Origin: Macrostomum hystrix
Taxonomy: Eukaryota; Animalia; Platyhelminthes
DNA length: 64,000 nucleotides
Assembly: GCA_950097015.1 (NCBI GenBank)
Contig: CATNEN010000038.1
Coordinates: forward strand, 23,746,001-23,810,000
Direction: 5' to 3'
The notes below the pieces were generated by a model. It did no database searches. It worked only from the letters and a program-made list of their open reading frames with translations, and was not told where the DNA came from. Position 1 is the first letter of the stretch. Each line of letters begins with the position of its first letter. This document shows positions 1-12,812 of the stretch, one piece after another. Both the position numbers and the translations under genes were made by a program.

Positions 1-140
1 GACAAGTTTTGGCGGAAACCGAAAATTCCCTGTTAATTGACACCCCATTATCAAGCATTCATTTCTCTTTTCTATAAGAGCTTATGTCAATGGAACATAA
101 CTACTTTGTGTGTAGTAAAGTACTCAATAATTGACTATTA

Positions 141-2473
141 ATGCAGTGAGGGTGTTACAGTTAATGAAGTCGGGGTGTTACAGGCGATGTACTCAGGGTG
201 TTACGGTCAATGCAGTGAGGGTGTTACAGTCGATGCAGTGAAGTTGTTACAGTCAATGCAGTGAAGGTGTTACAGGCGATGCAGTGAGGGTGTTACAGGC
301 GATGCAGTGAGGGTGTTACAGTCGATGCAGTGAGGGTGTTACAGGCGATGCAGTGAGGGTGTTACAGTCGATGCAGTGAGGGTGTTACAGGCGATGCAGT
401 GAGGGTGTTACAGTCGATGCAGTGAGGGTGTTACAGGCGATGCAGTGAGGGTGTTACAGGCGATGCAGTGAGGGTGTTACAGGCGATGCAGTGAGGGTGT
501 TACAGGCGATGCAGTGAGGGTGTTACAGTCGAAGCAGTGAGGGTGTTACAGTCGATGCAGTGAGGGTGTTACAGGCGATGCAGTGAGGGTGTTACAGTCG
601 ATGCAGTGAGGGTGTTACAGTCGATGCAGTGAGGGTGTTACAGGCGATGCAGTGAGGTAGTTACAGTCGATGCAGTGAGGGTGTTACAGTCGATGCAGTG
701 AGGGTGTTACAGTCGAAGCAGTGAGGGTGTTACAGTCGATGCAGTGAGGGTGTTACAGTCGAAGCAGTGAGGGTGTTACAGGCGATGCAGTGAGGGTGTT
801 ACAGTCGATGCAGTGAGGGTGTTACAGTCGATGCAGTGAGGGTGTTACAGGCGATGCAGTGAGGGTGTTACAGTCGATGCAGTGAGGGTGTTACAGTCGA
901 TGCAGTGAGGGTGTTACAGGCGATGCAGTGAGGGTGTTACAGTCGATGCAGTGAGGGTGTTACAGTCGAAGCAGTGGGGGTGTTACAGGCGATGCAGTGA
1001 GGGTGTTACAGTCGATGCAGTGAGGGTGTTACAGTCGATGCAGTGAGGGTGTTACAGGCGATGCAGTGAGGGTGTTACAGGCGATGCAGTGAGGGTGTTA
1101 CAGGCGATGCAGTGAGGGTGTTACAGGCGATGCAGTGAGGGTGTTACAGGCGATGCAGTGAGGGTGTTACAGTCGATGCAGTTAGGGTGTTACAGTCGAT
1201 GCAGTTAGGGTGTTACAGTCGATGCAGTTAGGGTGTTACAGTCGATGCAGTTAGGGTGTTACAGTCGATGCAGTGAGGGTGTTACAGTCGATGCAGTGAG
1301 GGTGTTACAGTCGATGCAGTGAGGGTGTTACAGGCGATGCAGTGAGGGTGTTACAGTCGATGCAGTGAGGGTGTTACAGTCGATGCAGTGAGGGTGTTAC
1401 AGTCGAAGCAGTGAGGGTGTTACAGGCGATGCAGTGAGGGTGTTACAGTCGATGCAGTGAGGGTGTTACAGGCGATGCAGTGAGGGTGTTACAGGCGATG
1501 CAGTGAGGTAGTTACAGTCGATGCAGTGAGGGTGTTACAGTCGATGCAGTGAGGGTGTTACAGTCGAAGCAGTGAGGGTGTTACAGTCGATGCAGTGAGG
1601 GTGTTACAGGCGATGCAGTGAGGGTGTTACAGTCGATGCAGTGAGGGTGTTACAGTCGATGCAGTGAGGGTGTTACAGTCGAAGCAGTGAGGGTGTTACA
1701 GGCGATGCAGTGAGGGTGTTACAGTCGAAGCAGTGAGGGTGTTACAGTCGATGCAGTGAGGGTGTTACAGGCGATGCAGTGAGGGTGTTACAGTCGATGC
1801 AGTGAGGGTGTTACAGTCGATGCAGTGAGGGTGTTACAGGCGATGCAGTGAGGGTGTTACAGTCGATGCAGTGAGGGTGTTACAGTCGAAGCAGTGAGGG
1901 TGTTACAGGCGATGCAGTGAGGGTGTTACAGTCGATGCAGTGAGGGTGTTACAGTCGATGCAGTTAGGGTGTTACAGGCGATGCAGTGAGGGTGTTACAG
2001 GCGATGCAGTGAGGGTGTTACAGGCGATGCAGTGAGGGTGTTACAGGCGATGCAGTGAGGGTGTTACAGGCGATGCAGTGAGGGTGTTACAGTCGATGCA
2101 GTGAGGGTGTTACAGTCGAAGCAGTGAGGGTGTTACAGGCGATGCAGTGAGGGTGTTACAGTCGATGCAGTGAGGGTGTTACAGTCGATGCAGTTAGGGT
2201 GTTACAGGCGATGCAGTGAGGGTGTTACAGGCGATGCAGTGAGGGTGTTACAGGCGATGCAGTGAGGGTGTTACAGGCGATGCAGTGAGGGTGTTACAGT
2301 CGATGCAGTGAGGGTGTTACAGGCGATGCAGTGAGGTAGTTACAGTCGATGCAGTGAGGGTGTTACAGTCGATGCAGTGAGGGTGTTACAGGCGATGCAG
2401 TGAGGGTGTTACAGGCGATGCAGTGAGGGTGTTACAGGCGATGCAGTGAGGGTGTTACAGTCGATGCAGTGAG
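141..2473. repeat. 23-bp minisatellite (GATGCAGTGAGGGTGTTACAG[T/G]C)n, about 100 units, probably in the XPNPEP3-like intron
   Basis: Direct tandem repeat with degenerate edges and single-base variants. Confidence 0.97.
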
Positions 2474-2925
2474 CGGGTTCAATTTGATGCAGTTAAGCGC
2501 TAGAGTTAAGGTGTTACTGTCTATTTTTACTGAATTTGATACGCAACAAATCTTTGATATTTTGATATTGAGTGCTAGTAGAAAGATTGCAATAGAAATC
2601 CAATATTGTCACTCAATATTTTGAAGTTATTAAATAGTAAACCTCTCGTACCAGTCAGTGTATAGATTAATTTTAAGTACAAAGTCAACTCTTGGTTATC
2701 TTGTGAGTTCGTTCTCTAATATCAGTAGCTATAATACTCTGTCAGTTCGTGACCCTTCTGTTGCGTGACAATCTTGTTTGAGATAACTCAACGCGCTTTT
2801 GTTAACTCTTTTTTCGTGTCAATACTAGTTAAAACGGCGATCTAGAATGAACCGCAAACTTGAAATATGAAAAAAAAATACAAAACAGGGTTGTTTACTA
2901 TGGTTGCTTTGATATACGATATAAG

Positions 2926-5106
2926 TCACAGTGATTACTAGTATCAGAGGGTATTACAGTGATCTGCTAGGATCAGAGTGTTACATTGATCTACTAGGAT
3001 CAGAGTGTTACAGTGATCTACTAGGATCAGAGTGTTACAGTGATCTACTAGGATCAGAGAGTGTTACAGTGATCTACTAGGATCAGAGTGTTACAGTGAT
3101 CTACTAGGATCAGAGTGTTACAGTGATCTACTAGGATCAGAGTGTTACAGTGATCTACTAGGATCAGAGAGTGTTACAGTGATCTGCTAGGATCAGAGTG
3201 TTACATTGATCTACTAGGATCAGAGTGTTACAGTGATCTACTAGGATCAGAGTGTTACAGTGATCTACTAGGATCAGAGAGTGTTACAGTGATCTACTAG
3301 GATCAGAGTGTTACAGTGATCTACTAGGATCAGAGTGTTACAGTGATCTACTAGGATCAGAGAGTGTTACAGTGATCTACTAGGATCAGAGAGTGTTACA
3401 GTGATCTACTAGGATCAGAGTGTTACAGTGATCTACTAGGATCAGAGTGTTACAGTGATCTACTAGGATCAGAGTGTTACAGTGATCTACTAGGATCAGA
3501 GAGTGTTACAGTGATCTACTAGGATCAGAGTGTTACAGTGATCTACTAGGATCAGAGTGTTACAGTGATCTACTAGGATCAGAGTGTTACAGTGATCTAC
3601 TAGGATCAGAGAGTGTACAGTGATCTACTAGGATCAGAGGGTGTTACAGTGATCTACTAGGATCAGAGTGTTACAGTGATCTACTAGGATCAGAGAGTGT
3701 TACAGTGGTCTACTAATATCAGAGAGTGTTACAGTGATCTACTAGGATCAGAGGGTGTTACAGTGATCTACTAGGATCAGAGAGTGTTACAGTGATCTAC
3801 TAGGATCAGAGAGTGTTACAGTGATCTACTAGGATCAGAGTATTACAGTGATCTACTAGGATCAGAGGGTGTTACAGTGATCTACTAGGATCAGAGGGTG
3901 TTACAGTGATCTACTAGGATCAGAGAGTGTTACAGTGATCTACTAGGATCAGAGAGTGTTACAGTGATCTACTAGGATCAGAGTATTACAGTGATCTACT
4001 AGGATCAGAGTGTTACAGTGATCTACTAGGATCAGAGTGTTACAGTGATCTACTAGGATCAGAGAGTGTTACAGTGATCTACTAGGATCAGAGTGTTACA
4101 GTGATCTACTAGGATCAGAGAGTGTTACATTGATCTACTAGGATCAGAGTGTTACAGTGATCTACTAGGATCAGAGTGTTACAGTGATCTACTAGGATCA
4201 GAGAGTGTTACAGTGATATTCTAGGATCAGAGTGTTACAGTGATCTACTAGGATCAGAGAGTGTTACAGTGATCTACTAGGATCAGAGAGTGTTACAGTG
4301 ATCTACTAGGATCAGAGAGTGTTACAGTGATCTACTAGGATCAGAGAGTGTTACAGTGATCTACTAGGATCAGAGAGAGTTACAGTGATCTACTAGGATC
4401 AGAGAGTGTTACAGTGATCTACTAGGATCAGAGAGTGTTACAGTGATCTACTAGGATCAGAGAGTGTTACAGTGATCTACTAGGATCAGAGAGAGTTACA
4501 GTGATCTACTAGTATCAGAGTGTTACAGTGATTACTAGGATCAGAGGGTGTTACAGTGATCTACTAGGATCAGAGAGTGTTACAGTGATCTACTAGTATC
4601 AGAGTGTTACAGTGATTACTAGGATCAGAGGGTGTTACAGTGATCTTCTAGGATCAGAGGGTGTTACAGTGATCTACTAGTATCAGAGTGTTACAGTGAT
4701 TACTAGGATCAGAGGGTGTTACAGTGATCTACTAGTATCAGAGTGTTACAGTGATTACTAGGATCAGAGGGTTACAGTGATCTTCTAGGATCAGAGTGTT
4801 ACAGTGATCTACTAGGATCAGAGTGTTACAGTGATCTACTAGGATCAGAGTGTGTTAAAGTGATCTACTAGGATCAGAGTGTTACAGTGATCTTCTAGGA
4901 TCAGAGTGTTACAGTGATCTACTAGGATCAGAGTGTGTTACAGTGATGTACTAGGATCAGAGTGTTACAGTGATCTACTAGGATCAGAGTGTTACAGTGA
5001 TCTTCTAGGATCAGTGTGTTACAGTGATCTTCTAGGATCAGAGGGTGTTACAGTGATCTTCTAGGATCAGAGGGTGTTACAGTGATCCTCTAGGATCAGA
5101 GGGTGT
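2926..5106. repeat. 27/29-bp minisatellite (GTGATCTACTAGGATCAGA[GA]GTGTTACA)n
   Basis: Tandem repeat ending about 55 bp before the acceptor at 5160. Each unit holds an imperfect palindrome TGATC...GATCA and shares GTGTTACAGT with the 23-bp array. Confidence 0.97.
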
Positions 5107-5160
5107 ACAAGGATTCGCTCGAGTATTAATCAATCAGTCAAAATGAATTTGATTTCTCAG

Positions 5161-5807
5161 GTGGAGGCAATCGCTCGACCATAATTCACTACATGAAGAA
5201 CAACCAGGCTGTGCATCCTCCAGACCTCGTATTGGCTGACTCCGGCGCGGATGTTCACGGCTACGTTAGCGACATCACCCGCACCTGGCCAGTGTCCCCC
5301 GACGGTTTCACGCGCAATCAATTAGTAGCCTACGACATTGTCCGCCAGGTACTGTCGGACTGTCGGTCGCATTGTCGTGCCGGTATCTCCCTAGACGATC
5401 TGCATCTGTTCATGGGTCAAAAACTGCGCGCCCATCTAGCCGAAGCGTCCGTCCTTAGTGAGGCCGGCGCGAGCTCATCCCCGCACGCCCTCTGCCACGC
5501 CCTCTGCCCGCATCATTTGTCGCACTATCTCGGCATGGATGTGCACGACACTCCCAGCGTGTCCCGCTCCGAACCACTGCAGTCTGGCGTTGTGTTTCCA
5601 CTGGAGCCCGGCCTGTACCTGGCCCCCGACTGCCAGCTGGTCAAGGCCGAATTTCGCGGCCTTGGCGGCATCCGGTTAGAGGATGATTTTGTTATAACGG
5701 AGCGCGGCGAGCCGGAATTGTTGACCGGTGCCGCCGCTCTCGACCCGGACAATGTTCAACAACTGGCTGGAGGGGGTCAGTGCTACGAAGTCCACCTACC
5801 CTGCTGA
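5161..5807 (+). CDS. XPNPEP3: Terminal exon of Xaa-Pro aminopeptidase 3-like (M24B peptidase)
   Basis: Acceptor TTTCTCAG at 5160 leads into GGNRSTIIHYMKNNQ. M24 metal-ligand motifs are present: LADSG, YVSDITRTWP, HHLSHYLGMDVHD, LEPGLY, GIRLEDD. Stop at 5807 and AATAAA at 5851. Upstream exons lie outside the window or were not recognised. Confidence 0.9.
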
Positions 5808-6099
5808 TTTTATAGTCGCTTTTCTATCGTTTTAGAGGCATTTTAAATCAAATAAAATTTCTATAACTTGGATTATGTCCGAGATTCGAGACGAATATAT
5901 TTTGCGAAATTTATATTAATTTTCTTTATGCTCGTACAATTTTGAAATCTCACAGAAATGAACCAAATTTAAACTTGTGCGCAAAAAATCTCAATATTAA
6001 ACTTGTGATGACGTTTGCCACGTCATCACTTTCTAAAATGTTCATTTGCTTCTGCTTGTGTGGCACTATGAAACAGCCACTAAGGAGACTCATTTTGCG

Positions 6100-7216
6100 A
6101 TGCAGAGCAAGCTGAAGCCTTATTGAAACCGATGCTCGACTGACAATCCGCGAGATCGCTGACCTGTTGGACACACCGAAGTCAACTGTCCATCTCTGCA
6201 TGCAAAACGTGGATCTGGTCAAGCTGAGTGCTCGGTGGGTTCCGAGGATTCTTTCCCCTGACATGAAGATGCAGCGAGAGCAGACCTGCCAAGGCAATCT
6301 GACGCTGGTTGGAGGATGGAGCTCTACCCGTTCTCTGGTGGTCACTGGAGACGAAACTTGGGTCCCCTACTTCGACCCTTCGACCAAGGAGGAGTCCAAG
6401 GTGTGGACGATGAAAGGTTCTGACCCGCCCATCAAGGCTCGACGTGAGACCCATTCCCAGAAGGTGATGCTGTTGCTCTTTTTCGACTGTCATGGGCCAC
6501 TGACAATTGACTCCCTGGAGCCAGATGCCACTGTCAAACAAGCGGAGAACTCCAGTGAAGCCAATGCTCCTTCATCATGACATTGCTCGGCCCCACACTG
6601 CACAAGAGACACTCGAAGCAATAAAAAATGCAATTCAACCTCCTGCCTCACCCACCGTATTCACCGGACCTGGCACCAGCTGATTTCGCCATCTTCCCGA
6701 AGCTCAAGCAGCTTCTGAGGGGCAGAGTTCATGCCAACCGTGAGTCCGTGACTGCCTTGAGCAAGAAGTGCGACGGGTTCTTGTCCACGAAATGCCAAGG
6801 CAGGCATATGCAGATGCCATTGACGGCATGCTTACCCGGTGGAAGAAGTGCATCCAACTGAAGGTTGACTATGTTGAGAGGGTCTCAGTTGCCACTGAGG
6901 ACGACATTTGAACTTTTTTTGAAAGACAGTTGACCTTCTGTTTCCTGTCGCTCCATATGCAGCCTCCATGTTCTTGTTCATGTATTGAGATGCAGTACCC
7001 CACTGCAGTTAAGGAGGCATAACTTTTGAACAGTTAGTGATATTTTCAAAATTATTTGACTGTCATTTGTAAATAAAGACGTTATAAAATAAATTTGTTG
7101 TTACTCTTTTCAACAGCTAGCAAGAGTAATTATAACAATTAACAATTGACAATTACCTGCAGTGAGGTATTGCATCTCAATACATGAAAAGGAACTTGAA
7201 CTGAACTACGCTCGTA
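6100..7216 (+). mobile_element. Decayed, 5'-truncated mariner (DD34D-type) element with frameshifted transposase
   Basis: Motifs ARLTIREIA (HTH), WVPRIL, VTGDETWV, KVMLLLFFD, LLHHDIARPH, HPPYSPDLAPADF and VDYVE are spread over several frames, with a deletion near 6535. Candidate right end ...GAACTACGCTCG-TA at 7216. No left TIR seen. Confidence 0.9.
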
Positions 7217-7484
7217 CGAGCTATTTCCTAAAAGCTTCTGTAGTTCTTTATTATTCATTTTTTAGAATTCAATATATTTGGATGGATTTCATGGGAAACT
7301 GTACGATATATTGACTTCCTTCTAGTCAGATAATCAACTATCGACGCCATAAGCCGATGACGCCATAAGTTCAGATTTTACTCGCGAGACAATTAACAAA
7401 ATGTAATTCTCTACAATGGAAGCGTCGATTCCAGAATCCCAAAAACGAATTACTCGTAGAATACTTAGATCGATAGAAGGAAAC

Positions 7485-7524
7485 TTTGCCCCCTAATGGT
7501 GCATTAGGGGGCAAATTTTGCTAG
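7485..7524 (+). mobile_element. Helitron-like 3' terminus (hairpin followed by CTAG)
   Basis: Perfect 14-bp stem TTTGCCCCCTAATG-GTG-CATTAGGGGGCAAA, then CTAG at 7521-7524 followed by T. The 5' end was not located. Confidence 0.55.
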
Positions 7525-7822
7525 TTCTATACACCTTTCAATAAATGCCGGTATTTTTAAATAATTAAAAAACAATTCTCGTTGATTTGCGGCTGCTCAA
7601 GCTACACTTATAATCGCGCTAATTACGAAAGATTGTAACTTCTTCAGTGAAACTGTAAAGTGCTTTATTATTTATAATAGATTTCTGCTACAAAATAGCA
7701 AATTTTCTCACTGAAAATGTCACACTCGTACAATTTGTTTTGCTTACCGGACCTACATCGAACGCTTTGTACGATGGTCCTTAAATAATTGCATCTTTTA
7801 AAAAAATTGTCACGGTTTGATT

Positions 7823-9043
7823 TCACACGGCTGTTTCCTTTGCCATCTCGATGGCCGCTGCGAATTGGCTTGGCGAGCTAGTCAACAATGCGACTCCATC
7901 CTCCCGGGTAACTAGGCAGTTGTGACAGTTGCTTACTGAGCACACGGAGTCTCTTTTTCCGACCTCATCACAGCTCAAATACTCGCCGCCTTGATCGCAA
8001 TTGTCAGATGTGTTGGGTCTGGAAGCGAAGCGGTAAAGCTGTCTGGAACGCCTGTCCTTGCTGCCGAGCTCAAAGTCCTTCTGGCCACCGAGGCAAGGAA
8101 GCCGATCTCGGCACATGCCAGTTGTGCAGGCTAATAGAAAAAAGTTAAACAAGGAATCCAGCTCAACTAGCGTGTTGACAATCAGCTCAGTCAATGGCGT
8201 CTTACTGCGGACAAAGCCGCACAGATCTGTCGGGCCCTCCAAAATCAGGCAGCTGACGGACAAGGCCACAATAATACGGATCGCCTGGCGCTCGCGACGG
8301 CACTGCCGCACAGCGCCTGCTGTGGCCACCGCAGCTTGTCGTTGAAAGCCGGCGCGACGCAAAACGCAGACTGTGATGCAGGTCGCTGCGAAAATTGATA
8401 CAATCGGCAGCATACCTTGATAGGTGTAAAATGTCACCTCAACGGCGTGCAGCTGCCAACCAGAGAGTCGATTTGCGTCGTGCGCCAGCACCATTGCAAC
8501 GCTGAGTCCAAGGCCGATCAGGCCGACAATGGTCTCCATGGTAACCACGTTAGACAGACGAAACAGGGAGTGCGATCTTACGGCTAGGGGCCGGAAGACC
8601 GCCTCTAGACGCGACCAGGAGATAAAGTTCATCGTCCAGTTGCGCATAGTTAATGAAAATCTGAGCAGACAGAGCTGTGCAGCAAAGCCCGGACCCGACG
8701 CTGGGTCCAGGCGAGTGTGCTCCTCGCCGCTCGACACGTGCAGAATCCGGGCGTAGAAACCCAGCACGGAGCTGTGGAATAGGACCTCGAAAGCTGACAG
8801 GGCCACTAGTAGGCGCCGCAGCACGGGATGCACCGAGGTGGCATTTCTGGCGAAGAAGCCCAGCGACCAGGCTGATAAAATGGCGTTCACAGTCGAAAGC
8901 GGAATGTAGAAGTACGGCTCCAGGTGGTGCATTTGCGAGCAGTTGCGAGAGCAGCCTCCCATGCCGCCGCTAAAATTTCTGTCTAAGGCGTCCGTATCCA
9001 AAGCTTCCAGATGAATGTCGTGTGTTATCGATTCCACTAGCAT
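7823..9043 (-). CDS. Intronless divergent rhodopsin-family (class A) orphan GPCR, 406 aa
   Basis: Seven hydrophobic segments. SRLEAVFRPL lies at the DRY position, TM5 has MLP, RRERQAIRII precedes TM6 (ILEGP), and TM7 is LDSLFNFFLLAC. Confidence 0.8.
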   Translation of the reverse strand: MLVESITHDIHLEALDTDALDRNFSGGMGGCSRNCSQMHHLEPYFYIPLSTVNAILSAWSLGFFARNATSVHPVLRRLLVALSAFEVLFHSSVLGFYARILHVSSGEEHTRLDPASGPGFAAQLCLLRFSLTMRNWTMNFISWSRLEAVFRPLAVRSHSLFRLSNVVTMETIVGLIGLGLSVAMVLAHDANRLSGWQLHAVEVTFYTYQGMLPIVSIFAATCITVCVLRRAGFQRQAAVATAGAVRQCRRERQAIRIIVALSVSCLILEGPTDLCGFVRSKTPLTELIVNTLVELDSLFNFFLLACTTGMCRDRLPCLGGQKDFELGSKDRRSRQLYRFASRPNTSDNCDQGGEYLSCDEVGKRDSVCSVSNCHNCLVTREDGVALLTSSPSQFAAAIEMAKETAV

Positions 9044-9699
9044 TTGCCAGGCAGTCAGCTAAACTACGCTTCAGAAGAAGACTTATCTCGTGTCAAAAAT
9101 ATTTTAAGTCCTGTCTGTTGTGATGATCTGATAAACAGAGACTGATGCTCTATGCTCCCGTTCCCAGCGATATGAAACACTGCCCCAGCCAATCTGAAGG
9201 TCTCATTGCACGCTATTCGCGAATGATATTCGTCTGCCTCATTGGAGGTCGAATTCTCTTAGGCTGTGCACTTTTTTGGTTACTTTTTCACTTCATCCTT
9301 GCGATGAGCCTCCGCGGAGGGAAACATTGCCCGAAGCCTGATCCTAAAGCAAAGTCGAACTGCTCACCGAACTGTTTGATACGATAAACCAGCAGAGTTT
9401 GCATAGCCTACAGCTGTCACCCGGATAAACTTAGAAGATAATTTTACTAACACTACTAGAGTCGGTTGTTTACGACTTTCTTAGTGTGCATCTAACTGGA
9501 AATGATAAGCGGATCAATAGCTTGCGATTAGCTAAATTAACAATTAGTTCTATTCGATTTAGTGTGCACAAACGAATATTTACTTGTCTGTATATCTGCC
9601 TTGTGTTATTACGAAAATGCAACTTCGTAATCCTTATCAGCGGTAAACTAAATTTTTCCTGTTCGTTCTCTAGTTAGGATTTACAAATAACGAAAATTC

Positions 9700-10070
9700 T
9701 TCAGCTCGGACACCATCCTCAGCTCTGACACCCTCCAAGTTCTTCAGCTCGGACACCTCAAGTTCCTCACCTTGGACGCCTTAAGTTCCTCATTTTGGAC
9801 ATCTTAAGTTCCTCATCTTGGACACCTTAAGTTCCTCAGCTCGGACACCCCAAGTTCCTCAGCTCGGACACCCCAAGTTCCTCAGCTCGGACACCCCAAG
9901 TTCCTCAGCTCGGACACCCCAAGTTCCTCAGCTCGGACACCCCAAGCTCCTCAGCTCGGACATCCCAAGTTCCTCAGCCCGGACACCCCAAGTTCCTCAG
10001 CTCGGACACCCCAAGCTCCTCAGCTCGGACACCCCAAGTTCCTCAGCCCGGACACACCAAGTTCCAAAGC
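9700..10070. repeat. 23-bp minisatellite (CAAGTTCCTCAGCTCGGACACCC)n
   Basis: Tandem repeat with a degenerate 5' edge. Confidence 0.95.
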
Positions 10071-10469
10071 TTGGAATCAAATGGACGATACAAAAAAATT
10101 AATGTGTTCGGTTTAAAAAAAGCAAAAGCAAGCGAGACATACTTGCGTTTAATAGCTCGTACTCGTAAAATGATAATCAACAGAAAGCATTCTTTAAGTT
10201 CAGTTGATTGTTGTGATCAAATAAAAAGCTCATCCTTATATTATGAGATGATTTTTTAATTTTAGATTTGGATACGGTTATAAGCTACTCTATCGTCTCT
10301 CAGGGTACCGTTGTCATTTTCAATTTAGCTAGTCTGATATCGTCTGTTCTCGATTTCTGACAATTTGTAGCTTTTTGAATACGTCAAACTCAATCCTTGC
10401 TGCAGAAAAAACGCCAGAGTTTTGTCTTAGTAGCAAGATTAATTGTGAGAATTGCTGCTTAATGAACAG

Positions 10470-11180
10470 TAAGAATCGCAGCAGGATCAAGAGTGAGAAT
10501 CGCAGCAGGATCAAGAGTGAGAATCGCAGCAGGATCAACAGTTAGAATTGCATCAGGATCGAGTTAGAATCGCAGCAGGATCAAGAGTGAGAATCGCAGC
10601 AGGATCAAGAGTGAGAATCGCATCAGGATCGAGTTAGAATCGCAGCTGGATCAAGAGTGAGAATCGCAGCAGGATCAACAGTTAGAATCGCAGCAGGAAC
10701 AACAGTTAGAATCGCAGCAGGATCAACAGTTAGAACCGAAGCAGGATCAACAGTTAGAACCGAAGCAGGAACAACAGTTAGAATCGCAGCAGTAAAGGCA
10801 GTCAGAATCGCAGCAGTAAAGGCAGTCGGAATCGCAGCAGGAAAGGCAATCAGAATCGCAGCAGGAAAGGCAGTCAGAATCGCAGCAGTAAAGGCAGTCA
10901 GAATCGCAGCAGGAAAGGCAATCAGAATCGCAGCAGTAAAGGCAGTCAGCATCGCAGCAGGAAAGGCAGTCAGAATCGCAGCAGGAAAGGCAGTCAGAAT
11001 CGCAGCAGGAAAGGCAGTCAGAATCGCAGCAGTAAAGGCAGTCAGAATCGCAGCAGGAAAGGCAGTCAGAATCGCAGCAGGAAAGGCAGTCAGAATCGCA
11101 GCAGGAAAGGCAGTCAGAATCGCAGCAGTAAAGGCAGTCAGAATCGCAGCAGTAAAGGCAGTCAGAATCGCAGCTGGATA
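10470..11180. repeat. 24-bp minisatellite (AGAATCGCAGCAGG...)n with two sub-variants in series
   Basis: GATCAAGAGTG/CAACAGTT-type units switch to AAAGGCAGTC-type units near 10790. Confidence 0.95.
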
Positions 11181-11734
11181 TCAGTGAGTATCGTTGTAGG
11201 ATGAAAAGTGACCTTTCTATAAGAATTCACGCAGTGCATGTCACTCTCCGGGTACATTGTTAGCTTTTTCCAGAAATTCGCAATCACGATTTCTTCCCTT
11301 TTCGGCAGGCGGACTCGGTGATAAAAAATAAGACATGAACCCCGTTTTGCTAATGAAGAAATTTTCAGGCACCAAAGGATTTCTGATTTTCACTAAATTG
11401 CCCCCCATAATATAGATATCCTTTCAATTAGATACAAGCTTGACTTGAAACCAACGATTCTTAAAATTTCGTATCCTATTTTCAGTCCTCGCTATCTATA
11501 ACGTCGCTCGCGTTGTCGACTGAATTTAGAAATGAATAGTGCATTCGTTGACATTCAATATTATCTGGGTCTTTGAAGTTCTGTTGCGCAGTTAGCAAGC
11601 ATAGCGTGATCGACAGGTACTGAAACTTCACTCTTTCTGCATACTAACCGTGTGCCATTTTTTACCTTGCTTGTAAGAGGTCAATAGCATATACCTAACC
11701 GTAATAAAAACTCACTGCTTCGCTTTGGCTGCAG

Positions 11735-11970
11735 TTAGTATCGCAGCAGGAACTTCAAGCAGAATCGTAGCTAGATCCTGCTTTCAGAATCCCAGCAGCA
11801 ACTGTAGTCAGAATCGCAGCAGGATCAACAGTGAGAATCGCAGCAGGAACTGCAATCAGAATCGCAGCAGGAACTGCAATCAGAATCGCAGCAGGAACTG
11901 CAATCATAATCGCAGCAGGATCAACATTCAGAATCGCAGCAGGATCAACATTCAGAATCGCAGCAGGAAC
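11735..11970. repeat. Second array of the same 24-bp AGAATCGCAGCAGG family
   Basis: Same core as 10470-11180, separated by about 550 bp of unique sequence. Confidence 0.9.
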
Positions 11971-12812
11971 CGGCAGTCAAATCATAGTTCCACCGCCTGC
12001 TGGAATCGCTGGTGGCTACCGGAATCGTAGCAGAAGCAACATTTAGAGTAGACTGATAGAAGCCAGAATTACAGGATGAAAACTATTATGCTGCTTGCGC
12101 ATTACAGATTACTATCATAATGCCATTCAGTTACTTGAAGTAAAGTAAGTCTCTTTCAAGTACTTAATTTGGCAACGGTACTCCTACAGAACTGTTTCCG
12201 CTTTAGCCAACCGATGGCCGAAATCTATTTTTCTACTACGTTTTCGCTTTCAAAAAACGCTTACTTCTCACATTGCGATGCAGTCGTGGCACTGCTCTAA
12301 CCTGGTGAGCATCTACATGGCAGTTTGCTCATAAATGTTGACTAGAGCCAAGACTTTACTCATTTTCCAACAACTCATCTCTGCTCCAGTCTATACACTG
12401 GGGTCTTATCGAATCTTCTTACGTTTAGTTAATTCTAACCCTAACAGCAGCAGCGACTGTACTCAGCAACTGACTCAGTAGACTCGGTGGGGTTGGGGTA
12501 CTAGCTCTGCAAGAATGCAAGCAACTCGCAAACCATGCAGTTAAAGACAATCAGACCAGTTAAAGACAGAAGAGTGGCACCAATAGGATAGTTGTGCGCC
12601 GCACACTCTTCATATGCTATGTGAAATAGTTTCGTCATTCCGAAATAAAGAACACAACAACCAGAGCAGAATTCTACCGAATTTGTGTGCTCGATAAGTT
12701 TTTAATCTACTCCAACAGGCGTTCTGTAAGTGTCAAAGTATGTGAGTTCAGCTAGATCCGACTTTAGGCTTCTCTATAGCCCCTCCAGTGAACCCTATTG
12801 CAAAGGCCGAAA

